Positions 1-12,074 of a stretch of DNA of 64,000 bases are shown here, piece after piece. Numbering within the stretch: position 1 is the stretch's first letter; the number at the start of each line of letters is the position of its first letter. The position numbers and the translations under genes were made by a program. The notes under the pieces were generated by a model. It was not told where the DNA came from and made no database searches. It saw only the letters and a program-made list of their open reading frames with translations. The stretch spans positions 69,688,001-69,752,000 of the forward strand of contig JBNRSN020000016.1 of assembly GCA_051313645.2 (NCBI GenBank), given 5' to 3'. This stretch comes from Centroscyllium fabricii. Taxonomy: Eukaryota.

Positions 1-73
1 TGTACTAGTTGATTAAAGCTGTGTTCTCTCTAGCTCTGGCTCACGTGTGGTTCCTAGGCCTGCCGGCGCTACA
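1..73 (+). repeat. 3' part of the 5' LTR of Gypsy-1
   Basis: 73/73 identity to 4203-4275; contains ATTAAA and ends in CA. Confidence 0.95.
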
Positions 74-74
74 G

Positions 75-86
75 TGGTGACCCCGA
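75..86 (+). promoter_or_regulatory. Primer-binding site complementary to the tRNA-Trp 3' end
   Basis: TGGTGACCCCGA lies 1 nt after the LTR and is complementary to ...UCGGGGUCACCA of tRNA-Trp. Confidence 0.88.
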
Positions 87-160
87 ACTGGAACGACTTC
101 CAGAGAAGAAAAGCTGCCGCAGGATCTGGGACCACCAGCCAAAGACTTTTATCAGAGAAC

Positions 161-3100
161 ATGGTAAACCCAAGAAACCAAGCTCCACGAACGCAGGGAG
201 CTGGACAGAACGCCGGACGTGGATTGACTCTACCCGAGTTCTGGGAGCAACGGCCAGCGGCCTGGTTCATCTGTATTGAGGCCAGCTGCCGCACACATGG
301 CATTCAAGGGGACGACCGCTACGACCTGGTGTTCTCAGCCCAACCACAGACGACGATTGATCGGATGTGGTCAAAAATACAGCGCGTGCCCGTCGCAGGC
401 AGGTATGAAACGCTTAAGGCCGCGCTTATCAAAAAATTTACCCCCTCCCAATTCGAGCGCGACTGCCAGCTCCTCGACCTCCCCGAACTCGGAGACGCAG
501 ACCCATCGGACCTCTTAGGTCAGATGCAAGCGCTCACACCCAACTCGGCCTCCCTCTTCCGCACCGTCTTCCTCCTCAAACTGCCCCACGCCATCAGACC
601 GGCCTTGGCGGCCCTTGGCCACCGGAGCGATGACGAGCTCGGAGAGGAGGCCAACAGGCTCATGGAGGCGCAGCGCACCCGCTCTACCACGTGCGAACCT
701 AACTCCGCATCGGTAGTGCGCAGCCAATCACCCCCCAGGCACAACTTTACGCCTGAACCTAGGGCCCCGCGCCCGCCCAGACAACCGCGTCCCTCTAGCA
801 CCGGCTGGTGCTACTACCACACGCGGTTCGAACACAAAGCGCACCGCTGCGTCCAGCCATGCGCGTTCAAGCCACGGCCCAACTCAGCCCCCACCATGTC
901 TGTAGGCCACACAGGAGCACTGCTCTTCGCCACAGACAGCGGTACAGGCCTCAGGTTCCTCTGCGACACAGGCGCGCAGCACAGCATCGTGCCAGCCTCC
1001 CCCGCAGAAAGCAAACGAGGTACCCGGGGCCCGCCACTAGCGGCAGCCAACGGCTCTAATATAAAAACGTACGGCACCCGCAAGCTAACCATAACCCTTG
1101 CAAGCCACGCGTACACCTGGGATTTTGTAATGGCCCAGGTCACTTCTCCCCTCCTCGGGGCAGACTTCCTCTGCGCCTACGGCCTACTGGTCGATGTAAC
1201 TCGGCGCCGCTTGGTAAATATAAACACCATGACGACCATCCCATGCTCCACAGGGCCCGCACTCCTGGCCCACAAGGCAGCCCAATGCCGCTCCAGGGAC
1301 TCCGATGCCTACGGCACGCTCCTGGCAGAGTTCCCCGCCCTAACCAACCCCACGTTCACCGCCCGCAAGGCCAAACACGGGGTGGAACATTTTATAACTA
1401 CCACAGGCCCTCCCGTCCATGCCCACGCCCGTAGGCTCGACCCGGCCAAGCAGGAGATCGCGCGCACCGAGTTCCGCACTATGGAGCAACTCGGTATAAT
1501 CCGCCGCTCCAGCAGCCCCTGGTCCTCTCCGCTCCACATAGCCCCCAAGCCCGACGGAGGCTGGCGCCCCTGCGGCGACTACCGCCGCCTTAACAACGCC
1601 ACCACCCCGGATAGGTACCCCGTACCACACATCCAGGATTTTTCCGCCAGACTAGCGGGTTGTACGATCTTTTCTAAGATCGACCTGGTGCGTGGCTACC
1701 ACCAGGTTCCGGTGCACCCGGCGGACATTCCTAAAACGGCCGTCATTACCCCCTTCGGACTCTTCGAGTTTCTTAGGATGCCCTTCGGCCTTAAAAACGA
1801 GGCCCAGGCCTTCCAGCGCCTCATGGACTCGGTCCTACGGGACTTGAAGTTCATCTTCGTCTATTTAGACGACATCCTCGTGGCCAGCACCTCCCCCCAG
1901 GAACACCTCCTGCACCTCAGGACCCTGTTCCAACGCCTTACCGAACATGGCCTTATCTTAAGCCCCACTAAATGTAAATTCGGCCTCGAGACCATTGACT
2001 TCCTCGGCCACCGCATTTCCCAAACAGGGGCCATACCCCTGCCCTCTAAGGTGCAGGCGGTACAAGAATTCCCCCGCCCGCACTCCATTAAAGGGCTGCA
2101 GGAATTTCTGGGGATGGTTAATTTTTATAACCGCTTTATCCCGGGAGCAGCCGCTCTCATGGCCCTCTTATACCAGGCCACCCGCGGGCAGTCCAATAAG
2201 GCTGCGGTCGAGTGGACGGCCGAAGCCGCCACCGCCTTTACCGCAACTAAAACCACCCTGGCAAATGCCACCCTCCTAGCCCACCCTCGGCCCAACGCCA
2301 GAGTAGCCCTCACCACCGACGCCTCCGACCACGCGGTCGGGGCCGTATTTGAGCAGTGGACCGGCAACTCGTGGCAGCCCTTGGCCTTTTTCAGCCGGCA
2401 ACTCCGGCCCCCAGAGGTTAAATACAGCGCCTTTGATAGGGAGCTGCTCGCTCTACATCTGGCGGTGCGACATTTTCGTTTCCTCTTGGAGGGCCGCCAC
2501 TTTACAGCCTTCAGCGACCATAAGCCACTCACATTTGCGATGGCTAAGGTCGCTGAAACCTGGTCGGCCAGGCAGCAGCGCCAACTCGCGGCCGTGTCGG
2601 AATTTACAACCGACATCCAGCATATTTCCGGCCGCGACAACGTGGTCGCTGACTGCCTCTCACGCCCCACCATTAACGCCGCCCAAATGGCGGTCGATTA
2701 CGCCCAGCTGGCCGCTGACCAGCTGGCCGACCCCGACCTACTCAACGCAGCAACTAATCTCCCCGGCCTCCACTTGGCCAATATCGCGCACGGCCCCGCT
2801 GCCACCGTCGTCTGCTGCGACGTATCTTTACCGCAACCCAGGCCCGTCGTGCCCCACGCTTGGAGGCAACATATTTTTAGGACCCTCCATGACCTGTCCC
2901 ACCCCGGCGCCCGCGCGTCCATTAAGTTAATATCGGCCCGATTCGTATGGCGCGGCCTGCGCAAGGACGTCCGCGCCTGGGCCAGCTCCTGCATAGCCTG
3001 CCAGCGCTCCAAAGTGCATAAGCACATCAGGGCACCGCTGGAAAATTTTAAAGTACCGGCCAGGCGTTTTGACCATGTCCACATCCATCTCGTCGGGCCA

Positions 3101-3988
3101 CTACCGCCATCCCGGGGCCACACGCACCTAATGACCATGGTCGACCGCAACACTCGCTGGCCAGAAGCAGTCCCCCTCACCGCCACTGGCACCATGGACT
3201 TGGCCAGGGCGTTCATCGCCACCTGGGTCGCCCGCTTCGGCGTGCCCACAGACATCACCTCCGACAGAGGACCCCAATTTACGTCGGCGTTATGGGCGGC
3301 CATCGCCCGCGACCTCGGGGTGACACTACACCGAACCACCGCATACCACCCACAGGCGAACGGCCTATGCGAACGGTTCCACCGCTCGATGAAGGCATCA
3401 CTACGGGCCACGCTAAAAGACGCATCGTGGACCGAGCGCCTTCCATGGGTCCTCCTCAGGCTGCGCTCGGCAGTCAAAGAAGACCTCAACGCCTCGGCAG
3501 CGGAGCTCGTCTACGGCCAAACTTTAACGGTGCCGGGCGAGTCCCTGGCTGAGCCCAACGCCCCCTGGTCAGCCGACCAGTATTTAAAAGATTTTGCTAA
3601 TCCGGCACGAGCTTTCCAGCCACTACCAGTGGCCCGGCACGGAGAGCCGGCAGCTCGGGTGCCGGACAACATTAAAAATGCTAAATTTGTGTTCGTCCGG
3701 CGCGACGGACACCGATCTCCACTACAGCCACCTTACGATGGCCCCTACAGAGTGCTTCGGGCGGGAGCGAAAGCTTTCGAATTACAAATGGGTAACAGGA
3801 CTGACACTGTGACAATAGACCGGCTCAAGCCGGCACACGTGATAGCGGGCGAGACTACGGTCCCCACACAACCACCGCAACGCGGTCGCCCTCCCGCAAC
3901 AAAACCCGCCCACACTCCACCGCAGAACCAGAGGCTACAAGCAACACGGTCCGGCCGCATCATCCGGCCACCCCAACAGCATACATAG
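161..3988 (+). CDS. Gag-Pol polyprotein (gag, protease, RT, RNase H, integrase), uninterrupted
   Basis: First ATG after the PBS is at 161, in frame with ORF 47..3988. Motifs: LPEFW..PAAWF gag, WCYYH..RC..PC (CHCC), FLCDTGA protease, YLDD RT, TDASD RNase H, H..H..C..C zinc finger, SDRG and NGLCERFH integrase core, PPYDGPY. Confidence 0.95.
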   Translation: MVNPRNQAPRTQGAGQNAGRGLTLPEFWEQRPAAWFICIEASCRTHGIQGDDRYDLVFSAQPQTTIDRMWSKIQRVPVAGRYETLKAALIKKFTPSQFERDCQLLDLPELGDADPSDLLGQMQALTPNSASLFRTVFLLKLPHAIRPALAALGHRSDDELGEEANRLMEAQRTRSTTCEPNSASVVRSQSPPRHNFTPEPRAPRPPRQPRPSSTGWCYYHTRFEHKAHRCVQPCAFKPRPNSAPTMSVGHTGALLFATDSGTGLRFLCDTGAQHSIVPASPAESKRGTRGPPLAAANGSNIKTYGTRKLTITLASHAYTWDFVMAQVTSPLLGADFLCAYGLLVDVTRRRLVNINTMTTIPCSTGPALLAHKAAQCRSRDSDAYGTLLAEFPALTNPTFTARKAKHGVEHFITTTGPPVHAHARRLDPAKQEIARTEFRTMEQLGIIRRSSSPWSSPLHIAPKPDGGWRPCGDYRRLNNATTPDRYPVPHIQDFSARLAGCTIFSKIDLVRGYHQVPVHPADIPKTAVITPFGLFEFLRMPFGLKNEAQAFQRLMDSVLRDLKFIFVYLDDILVASTSPQEHLLHLRTLFQRLTEHGLILSPTKCKFGLETIDFLGHRISQTGAIPLPSKVQAVQEFPRPHSIKGLQEFLGMVNFYNRFIPGAAALMALLYQATRGQSNKAAVEWTAEAATAFTATKTTLANATLLAHPRPNARVALTTDASDHAVGAVFEQWTGNSWQPLAFFSRQLRPPEVKYSAFDRELLALHLAVRHFRFLLEGRHFTAFSDHKPLTFAMAKVAETWSARQQRQLAAVSEFTTDIQHISGRDNVVADCLSRPTINAAQMAVDYAQLAADQLADPDLLNAATNLPGLHLANIAHGPAATVVCCDVSLPQPRPVVPHAWRQHIFRTLHDLSHPGARASIKLISARFVWRGLRKDVRAWASSCIACQRSKVHKHIRAPLENFKVPARRFDHVHIHLVGPLPPSRGHTHLMTMVDRNTRWPEAVPLTATGTMDLARAFIATWVARFGVPTDITSDRGPQFTSALWAAIARDLGVTLHRTTAYHPQANGLCERFHRSMKASLRATLKDASWTERLPWVLLRLRSAVKEDLNASAAELVYGQTLTVPGESLAEPNAPWSADQYLKDFANPARAFQPLPVARHGEPAARVPDNIKNAKFVFVRRDGHRSPLQPPYDGPYRVLRAGAKAFELQMGNRTDTVTIDRLKPAHVIAGETTVPTQPPQRGRPPATKPAHTPPQNQRLQATRSGRIIRPPQQHT

Positions 3989-4030
3989 ACACTGTCACTA
4001 TTCCTCCCGGACGGATTCTGGGGGGAGCTG

Positions 4031-4275
4031 TGTGGCAGCACGCCCACTGGGACATCGAATCCGCCATGGGGACTCCGCGGAGCAAAGCCCCGCTCATCCG
4101 GGTGACGCGACGACGTCATCACGTCGGCCGACGCGATGACGTCACCAACCGCGGGACCGTTTAAATATGCCTGTCTCGAGTGGTTCACTCTCTTTCTTGT
4201 TTTGTACTAGTTGATTAAAGCTGTGTTCTCTCTAGCTCTGGCTCACGTGTGGTTCCTAGGCCTGCCGGCGCTACA
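4031..4275 (+). repeat. 3' LTR of Gypsy-1 (about 245 bp)
   Basis: TGT...ACA termini directly after the PPT; TTTAAATA TATA-like box near 4160 and ATTAAA near 4214. The start could be 4029. Confidence 0.9.
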
Positions 4276-6129
4276 GGCCGTTGGTTACACACATATATAT
4301 ATACAAAGTGGTTTACCACAGATCCCTTCTTCAACCTTCAGTGGTTCGGAATTTTCAATGGTCCGGCACCGGGTTGGTCACCGGTGCTCAATCTGTATAC
4401 GTATTTACTTTTAAGAGCGACATTTATCTTTTTTTCAAAAGTTATTTTTTCCCCCTCTCCCCCATCTGGCTTCCCTGCACCCGATCACACCTCTCCAGAG
4501 CTGGGAGAACAGGTTTCTCCCAAGCCTCCGCCACTCCTACTTTTAGTTGGGCTACTAAGAAGTGCCACAGGCAGGTGGATGATCCTTATTTTCCATCCCT
4601 TGTTGCCAGAAAATGAACGGTTCCAGTCAGTGCCTGCTTCTGGCAGGACAACTAATATTACAAATTCAGAGGTAAATGGGAATCGAGTTGTACAGAAGTC
4701 ACGTTTCCCTCTCAGGTCATTGTACAATGTATAATACGTGCTACATTACAGAAACATACACTGAGTTCTGTAGTTCTGTACATTTGGGTGGTAAGCGCCA
4801 GATTATTCACTGGCAACAGTCCAAAGAAAAAAAGAATATTGCAGCTGGATTTATTTCATGAATGAGAACGATCCCATGCCTGCAATGTTTGTGAATTAAG
4901 GGGCTTTCACGCTTGAGAAATAAACCTAATAGTTTACTACTACCCATGCACAACCCTAGATTTATACAACAGGCAGCTTGATAAATCCCATTAGATAAGA
5001 AGGTGATGTCCCAGCCAAATGTGATACAAAACTTATCACATGATGTGACAGCATCGCGTTTGGAACGACTTCTCACTCTTCGATTACTGCTGTAAATCTG
5101 CATGAGTCTGGTGCTTTACAGCGATAGTACCAGATTTATGGCCTGCTCTATGGAACTAAATTGGCAAAAGTGTTGTTTCTTTCTGTACAGCAGCCAGTGG
5201 TAAACTCTGTAAATTTGGGGTTGTATTTTCACTTAGTATAACTACGTACATCGACACTTTGATGCTGTACCTAGATTTAGCCGTTTTTTTTTCAATTTTA
5301 TCCTTGTTCACATATGTGTACAGTTACAATTAGCTCAATATTCAAACTAGTAATGCACACACAGGTGGATAATGCAAATTCTTAAAAATAAAATGAATAA
5401 AGAGTCAGCCTCCTGCAATTAATTACCCCATGTGAAGATTGTGATTCACGGAGTAGATTCAGGAAACCCATGCTTAGGCTCTGTGCACCGGAGGTGGCAA
5501 AACATTTTGTAAGCACGTACTTGTAGGCTGAATAGGCTCCCGTCTATGTCAAGGCAAACAAAGGCTGTGTTTTTAAATGTTGTAATGGAGGGTGGGCCTT
5601 TGTCTGCTGAGACACCCTCTCTCTTAGCTTCTATCACATTAGTAACCACAATTGCAGCTGATCTGGATATGTCAAAAAAATGGTTAATTAATAGTGTGCA
5701 GCACACAGAAGAGGAATCGTTGATTTGACTTGCACATGGGGTGAGGATGGAGGGTGAGCCTCACATTACTTCTCCTAAATATGAGTACATCTGTAACTAC
5801 TGGAGTAAAGTGGAATTGGGTCCCCAAAGCTAAAACAAAAATTGTACAGGCTCAATGATTCCCTCATGAAAGAAGCATGGAGCTGAGAGAACATGTGAAT
5901 TTAATATATTATTCTTGATTAAAGGGTTTCATGTCTGGATAGAGGTGAAAAGAAGTTCACAAGGTAGAATAGGGATTTATATAGTGGCTTCTGCACTTCT
6001 AATGCTCCCCATTAAAATGAACATTTAAAAACATTACTTCAAAAATATTTCAAATGGAATTCTAAATTTAATCTAGATTTTGAAAATAGGGATTCGAAAG
6101 GGTTTTATTTAAAATGTATTTATTTCCCC

Positions 6130-6225
6130 CAATGGGTCAGTGAGTGTATCCAGTGAGTAGCTTAGCCAAAAAGGGCAGAAACCCCCAGGTTTAATTCCCA
6201 GCCCGTGCTGAGTTAGCCAATCTCA
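6130..6225 (+). mobile_element. 5' head of an old tRNA-derived SINE, apparently interrupted by the L2 insertion
   Basis: CCCAGGTTTAATTCCC B-box-like motif followed by GTGCTGAGTTAGC resembles the reverse complement of 29790-29825. The body seems to resume at about 12075. Confidence 0.45.
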
Positions 6226-7094
6226 ACTCACCTTGCCTTCGTCTCGGAGTTCATTGCCCTCCTGTCCTCCCTTTATCTTTCCCTCTACATAAACTCCCTT
6301 ACCCATATTCACAGCCACCCCCTTGACCTTGAAATTTTTCTGTTCATCTCGATCACAGACAAGGCAACATCCGGCCATTTCCTTGCATCCCTCATCATCC
6401 ACATTCACTACCCCCTTCCAACCCCATTTTTTATGCAACACCCTTGGAAAAAAATCTCCCACAAATCACTGACAACTCCACTTTCAAACTTCCAACTGTC
6501 TTACCTGTGGCCTTCCACTCGCCATGATACTTCTGCAGCTGTTGATCTGCTCAACCACTACCTCACATCTCTCTCCTGCCCTGATTGTTTAACCTGAGAT
6601 GGCATTCATCTTCACTCGCTCATGTTCAAAGGATGCAGAGTTAAGTGTATATGGTGCATAATTGGTTTAGCCATCCATTGCCAGATCTGATTGGACCATG
6701 TCAAACAATATCCAGCCTTGCTCTCCACTGCCAAAACTGCCCATTAATCCAGGATCGCCCCAGAAAACAAAAATACAATCCGGATCTTTTTCTCCACTAG
6801 GTTTCCTTTAGCTCCACTCCCCTGCCCTCCACACCCTCACCTCTAACAACAAGTGTGAGGCGTTCATGAACTTCTTTGTAACTAAGATTGAGACCATCTC
6901 TTCAGCTGCCTCCGCTGCATTACCCGCTTTCCGTTGCCCATCAGGCCAAACCTCCCCCAAGGTTTCCCTTTTTCCAAACGCTGAACGCACAGCTTTCTCT
7001 AGCTTCTCTCCTATTCCCCTCATGCCCTCGCCAAGCTCATCATGTCCATGAGACCCTCCTCCTGCTCTCTTGATTGCATTCCCACTAAACTGCT

Positions 7095-7290
7095 TGTAAG
7101 GATAGCTGTGACTGGCGTAAAGACAGCGCAGGCTTGACTTACGTCTGACGTCACGCCCGAATGGTGGGAGCCGGCACCACCTTAAGCCATGCCTCAGTTG
7201 AGGCTTGGAGTGGCAGTGTATAAGACCTGAATAAAGAAGCTCCGTAGAAACTTAGTGTTGGCCTCCCGTCTGATCCTTAATAACACTACA
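7095..7290 (+). repeat. 5' LTR of Gypsy-2
   Basis: Direct repeat of 11519-11714; contains TGACGTCA and AATAAA. Confidence 0.96.
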
Positions 7291-7301
7291 TGGTACCAGG
7301 A
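7291..7301 (+). promoter_or_regulatory. Primer-binding site, probably tRNA-Leu(TAA)
   Basis: TGGTACCAGGA directly follows the LTR and is complementary to the ...UCCUGGUACCA end of vertebrate tRNA-Leu(UAA) (recalled, not searched). Confidence 0.7.
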
Positions 7302-7331
7302 TTCACGAACTCGCGTATGGACTGAAGACGA

Positions 7332-10300
7332 ATGATGGAAGGTATAAAACCCCCAGCTAATCTTGACCTGGAAGGCAAAGTTGACGAGAATTGGCAGGGA
7401 TTCAAGCAGAGATTTCTCCTATACCTGGCAGCCATCGAGGCGACCACAAGCACAGAATCGCGTAAAGTTGCATTATTACTAACTGTTGCGGGCCTGCAGG
7501 CAAGCGAGCTGCACAATACCTATACTTTTGAGTCCGAGGAGGAAAAAAGTGACTTTGACAAAGGTATGAAAGAAATTGAAGATTTTTGCGTGCCAAAAAA
7601 GAATGAAACGTATGAAAGGTTTGTGTTCCACTCCAGAACACAGAAACAAGGGGAGTCCTTCGATGTCTTCCTAACCGATTTAAAAATCAACGCACAGTCG
7701 TGCAATTTTCAGATTTAAAAGAATCCATGATAAGGGATCAAATAGTCTTTGCAATATTGGATAAGAAATTAAGAGAAAGAATGCTGAGAGACGGTGAGTT
7801 GAAATTGGATGCTGCAGTAAAGCTGTGCCGTTTGAGTGAGCTTTCAGTGATGCAACCAAAAACGTTCGATGGGAATGTCCCGGGGCCGCAGAGCCTTCCC
7901 GTGGATGTAATACAGCGACAAGATTACAGAGAGCCACGAGGGCCCACAGAATATAACAAAATGGTGTCGTTCGACTCAAGAGAGCCTAGAGGACCCAGTG
8001 AGTACAACAAAATGGCGGCGTATGATTACAGAGAGCCACGAGGGTCCAGTGAGTACAACAAAATGGCGGCATTCGAGTGCAAATGGTGCGGAACCAAACA
8101 TGGTGCCAGGAAGTGTCCGGCGTTTGGGAAGAGCTGCGCGAAATGCAAAGGCAGAAATCACTTTGCGAAAATGTGCCTGTGGGAGCACAGAGGTGAAAGC
8201 AAAAAGGTGGTGCACGCAGTAGAGACTGCAGAAGTGGGAGCTCAATCATGGTATGTGGGAATGGTGCAGCATGTAGCACAGCCCAGAGGGCCGAACAAGG
8301 AGGCCTGGATAGCTCTCCTGCAAGTAAATGGAACGATAATCCCCTTTAAGTTGGATACAGGGGCAAAAGCAAACTTGATAAGCTGTGGAGATGTAAAAAA
8401 ACTTAAAGTGAAACTGAAGATGATAAACAGGACTGTGACCTTAAAGGCTTACAATGGCCAAAACATTGAAACACAAGGAATGTGCAGATTGAAGCTGATA
8501 GTTAAACAGCGTAGGCACTTCCTCACTTTTGTTATAGTGCCAGAAGGGCACGAATCACTATTAGGAGACAATGCCTGCGTGGAGTTAGGTCCAGTAAAAA
8601 GAATTTACACAGTCAATGGGATAATGAAACACAAAATGACCTACGAGAAAATTCAGACATGAATTCAGACAATATTGTGCAGAGATACGCGAATGTATTT
8701 CAAGAGTTTCGAGCGCTGCCCTTCACGTACTCTATTAAATTAAGGGACGATGCACAACCGGTTATACATGCACCCTGGAGAGTGCAAGTGGCCCTCCGCG
8801 AGAAGCTGAGAAATGAGCTGGATCGAATGGAAGGACTGGCTGTGATAAAAAAAATTGAGCAGCCAACAGATTGGGTGAATTCAATGGTCTGCGTCAACTC
8901 AAAAAACAATGATAAATTGAGGGTATGCATGGACCCCAAGGACCTTAATGCTAACATAAAGATGGAACACTATCAAATTCCCAAAAGAGAAGAAATAGTG
9001 AGTGAGATGACGGAGGCAAAATTCTTTTCAAAAATGGATGCTTCCCATAGATTTTGGCAACTAAAATTGGACGAGGAAAGTGCCAAGCTGTGCACATTTA
9101 ACACCCCGTTTGGTAGATACTCATACCAGCGTCTGCCATTTGGCATAAGCTCAGCCCCAGAAATATTCCACAGAGTGATGGAGACAATTATAGAGGGCTT
9201 GGAAGGGGTGCGGGTCTATGTGGATGACCTGGTGGTATGGGGCTCCACACAGAAGGAGCACAACAGCAGGCTGGAAAAAATGCTCCAAAGGATTCAGCAA
9301 TATGGACTGAAATTAAATAAAGAGAAATGCCAATTTAAAGTAAAGGAGATAATTTTTCTGGGAGACAAGATATCCACAGAGGGGTACAGCAAGACAAGAC
9401 TAAGATTAAAGCAATTCAGGACATGGAAAAGCCTGAAGACAAAAAAGGGGTGCAGAGAGCCCTTGGCATGGTGAACTATCTAGGGAAATTTATCCCGAAT
9501 CTAGCCATAAAAACTGAGCACCTGAGAAAGCTGCTGCATCATGAAACAGAGTTCCAATGGGGACACGAGCATGAACAGAAATGGAAGGGGCTATTACAGA
9601 TCTTGGCAAGCGAACCCCTATTAAAATTATTTTGTCCAAAGAAAAGGACCAAAGTGTCGACCGATGCATCCAAGAATGGGCTCGGGGCGGTCCTACTACA
9701 GGAAGATGACGGAGAATGGAGGCCGGTGGCATATGCATCACGTTCTGTGACGGCCACAGAGTGCAGGTATGCACAGATTGAAAAAGAATGTCTGGGTTTG
9801 GCATTTGGATGCGAAAAATTCCACACATATGTCTATGGACTACCGAAATTTATACTGGAAACAGATCATAAGCCACTGTTATGTCGCATAAATTTTTCTT
9901 TATGATTCCTGTCGCCAAGGATACAACACTTGATGATGAGGCTTCAGCATTATGATTTTGACCTGACATATGTGCCAGGGACACAAATGTACATTGCAGA
10001 CGCACTGTCGAGAGCTGCACCATGTGCCATGCAAAACAGTGACACAGAGGAGGACATAAATCTCCACGTAGACACTGCCTGCTTCATCTCAACAGTTGGC
10101 AGTGATAACAAGTGAAACAGCAAAGGATCCAGTGCTAAGAAAAGTAATGAAAAACCTGCAGGAGGGCTGGAAAAGAGGGTCCTGCAAGCAATACTATCAG
10201 ATACAAGGGGAACTATCCGTAGTAAATGGAATCCTACTCAAGGGGGACAAAATAGTGGTGCCCACCTCCATGAGACCAGAGATGCTGGGGAGGATACACG

Positions 10301-11370
10301 AAGGGCACCTGGGGCCAGAAAAATCCAAAAGGCGGGCACGAGAGGCACTGTACTGGCCGAATATGAATGCAGACATTGATCAATTAATAAGTGAGTGTGC
10401 CACGTCCCAGGAATATCAATAAAACAGACAAAGGAGCCCCTCATCACCACAGAAATTCCAAACCACCCTTGGGAAAAAGTGGGAACAGATATGTTCCATT
10501 TTGGGGGAAAGGACTATTTGTTAGTCATTGATTACTATTCAAATTATCCAGAGATAGCCCTGTTGACTAGCACCACATCAAGAGGCGCGATCACACATTT
10601 GAAATCGATTTTTTCCAGACATGGCATCCCCTTGACTCTGGTATCAGATAATGGACCCACATATGCCAGTCAGGCGTTCAGGGCATTTGCCTCCAAATAT
10701 GAATTCAAACATATAACTTCTAGCCCACACTATCGGCAGGCGAATGGAAAGGCAGAAAAAGGGGGTGCAAATAGTCAAAAGACAACTGAAAAAAGGAGAA
10801 AGTAGTAATGCAGATCCGTATCTGGCAATAATGTCATACAGGGCGGCACCATTGGCAAGTGGCAAGTCACCAGCTGAGCTTTTAATGGGCAAGAAAATAA
10901 GTACAAGAATACCTTGCTACGCTGCACCTGACCAGAGAAATGATGGGTGGGCTGACAAGGCCAGAAGGTTGCAAGTAAATCAAAAGGCATACCATGACAG
11001 GACTGCTACAAGACTAGCATCATTGCAGGAAAGGGATATGGTTCGGATTCAAGGTCCAGAGTCATGGTCAAAGAAGGCCACAGTCTTGCAGCAGGTTGCT
11101 CCCAGATCCTACAATGTTATAACTGAGACAGGAGAGGTGTACCGAAGGAACAGGAGGCACCTTCTGAAAACAAATGAGACATGTTGCCCTCAAAAAGGAG
11201 AAAAAGAGGAAGAGATGAGGGAATCCTCACAGACAGATCACTAAACAAGGGACCTGAGTGGTCCAGAGACGGAGACAAGAGACAGAATGGGAAGTGCCCC
11301 ACAGACACTGGTCCCACTGAGAAGGTCACAAAGGACCAGAAGGCCGGTGATTAGAATGGACTTGCAATAA
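7332..11370 (+). pseudogene. gag-pol of Gypsy-2, broken by several frameshifts and stops
   Basis: Pieces in ORFs 7332-7718, 7700-8662 (double zinc knuckle CKWCG..H..CPAFGKSCAKC..NHFAKMC; FKLDTGA), 8659-9474 (YVDD), 9423-9905 (STDAS), 10096-10422 (HEGH), 10395-10805 (GTDMF, SDNG, NGKAE) and 10744-11244. Confidence 0.93.
7922..8074 (+). repeat. 51-bp (17-aa) tandem repeat, 3 copies, in Gypsy-2 gag
   Basis: Units start at 7922, 7973 and 8024 and encode DYREPRGPTEYNKMVSF, DSREPRGPSEYNKMAAY and DYREPRGSSEYNKMAAF. Confidence 0.9.
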
Positions 11371-11518
11371 AAAACAGGTACTGTAAATAGTTATAGGGGT
11401 ACCAGAAAGGGCTCCTATGGGAAGTCACAATGTCTATGTATATTATTGTAAATATGATGTGTTCAGTGAGTTATTGCAATTAAGTGTTATGTACAATGTA
11501 CTCCCTGAAGGGAGGAGA

Positions 11519-11714
11519 TGTAAGGATAGCTGTGACTGGTGTAAAGACAGCACAGGCTTGACTTACGTCTGACGTCACGCCCGAGTGGTGGGAGCCGGTG
11601 CCATCTTAAGCCATGCCTCAGTTGAGGCTTGGAGTGGCAGTGTATCAGACCTGAATAAAGAAGCTCCGTAGAAACTTAGTGTTGGTCTCCCGTCTGATCC
11701 TTAATAACATTACA
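11519..11714 (+). repeat. 3' LTR of Gypsy-2
   Basis: Direct repeat of 7095-7290, preceded by the PPT and followed by the TSD. Confidence 0.96.
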
Positions 11715-11810
11715 CTGCTGACCACCCAAATTGCCTTCCTGGCCCCCATACATTGTAAATAGTTCTCGCCCCTCAAGTATTGTCCTTTTCAAAACTACCA
11801 TCATCCAACC

Positions 11811-12007
11811 CTGAAATAACAACAGAAAACACTGGTGAAACTCAGCAGGCCAGGCAGCATCAGTGGAGAGAGAAACAGAGTTGACGTTTCAGGTCGATGA
11901 CCTTTTTTCAAAACTTTTTCAACACCGATGCTGCCTGGCCTGCTCAGTTTCTCCAGCGTTTTCTGTTGTTATTTCAGATTTCCAGCATCCGCAGTATTTT
12001 GCTATCG
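11811..12007. mobile_element. Penelope-like terminal-repeat fragment arranged as an inverted repeat
   Basis: About 55-bp inverted arms at 11811-11865 and 11923-11977 (GATGCTGCCTGGCCTGCT..TTTCTGTTGTTATTTCAG). Degenerate hammerhead on the minus strand between them. Flanking repeat TACCATCATC(C)AACCCT at 11796 and 12008. Confidence 0.7.
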
Positions 12008-12074
12008 TACCATCATCAACCCTCTCTTCAAAACACACCAACAATGACAGCCCTCTGTCCTTGCAAACTACCAC

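Larger units (their letters stand above)
1..4275 (+). mobile_element. Ty3/Gypsy LTR retrotransposon (Gypsy-1), CsRn1/Kabuki-like; 5' LTR cut by the window edge
   Basis: 1-73 is identical to 4203-4275 and ends CTACA. PBS TGGTGACCCCGA at 75-86, one gag-pol ORF, PPT GGGGGGAG at 4020-4027, 3' LTR about 4031-4275. A tRNA-Trp PBS plus a CHCC gag knuckle are the recognised marks of the CsRn1 clade. Confidence 0.96.
7095..11714 (+). mobile_element. Full-length decayed Ty3/Gypsy LTR retrotransposon (Gypsy-2), Mag-like
   Basis: 196-bp LTRs at 7095-7290 and 11519-11714 (TGTAA...TACA, about 9 differences). 5-bp TSD CTGCT at 7090-7094 and 11715-11719. PBS at 7291 and PPT GAAGGGAGGAGA at 11507-11518. Confidence 0.97.
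6226..12072 (+). mobile_element. Decayed L2-clade LINE ORF2 fragment, split by Gypsy-2 and a Penelope-derived insertion
   Basis: Degenerate translations: endonuclease C-terminus THIHSHPLDL (~6300-6330), FFVTKIETI (~6875), IPTKLL|TTQ across the Gypsy TSD, and PSVLANY at the RT start (~12050-12070). Confidence 0.75.

Noticed and set aside
47-160. N-terminal extension of the 1313-aa ORF from GTG at 47
   Set aside because: It starts inside the LTR and crosses the PBS; the first ATG at 161 is the plausible eukaryotic start.
2125-3489. Long antisense ORFs (182 and 263 aa) over Gypsy-1 pol
   Set aside because: Expected stop-poor shadows of a GC-rich coding strand; no recognisable domains.
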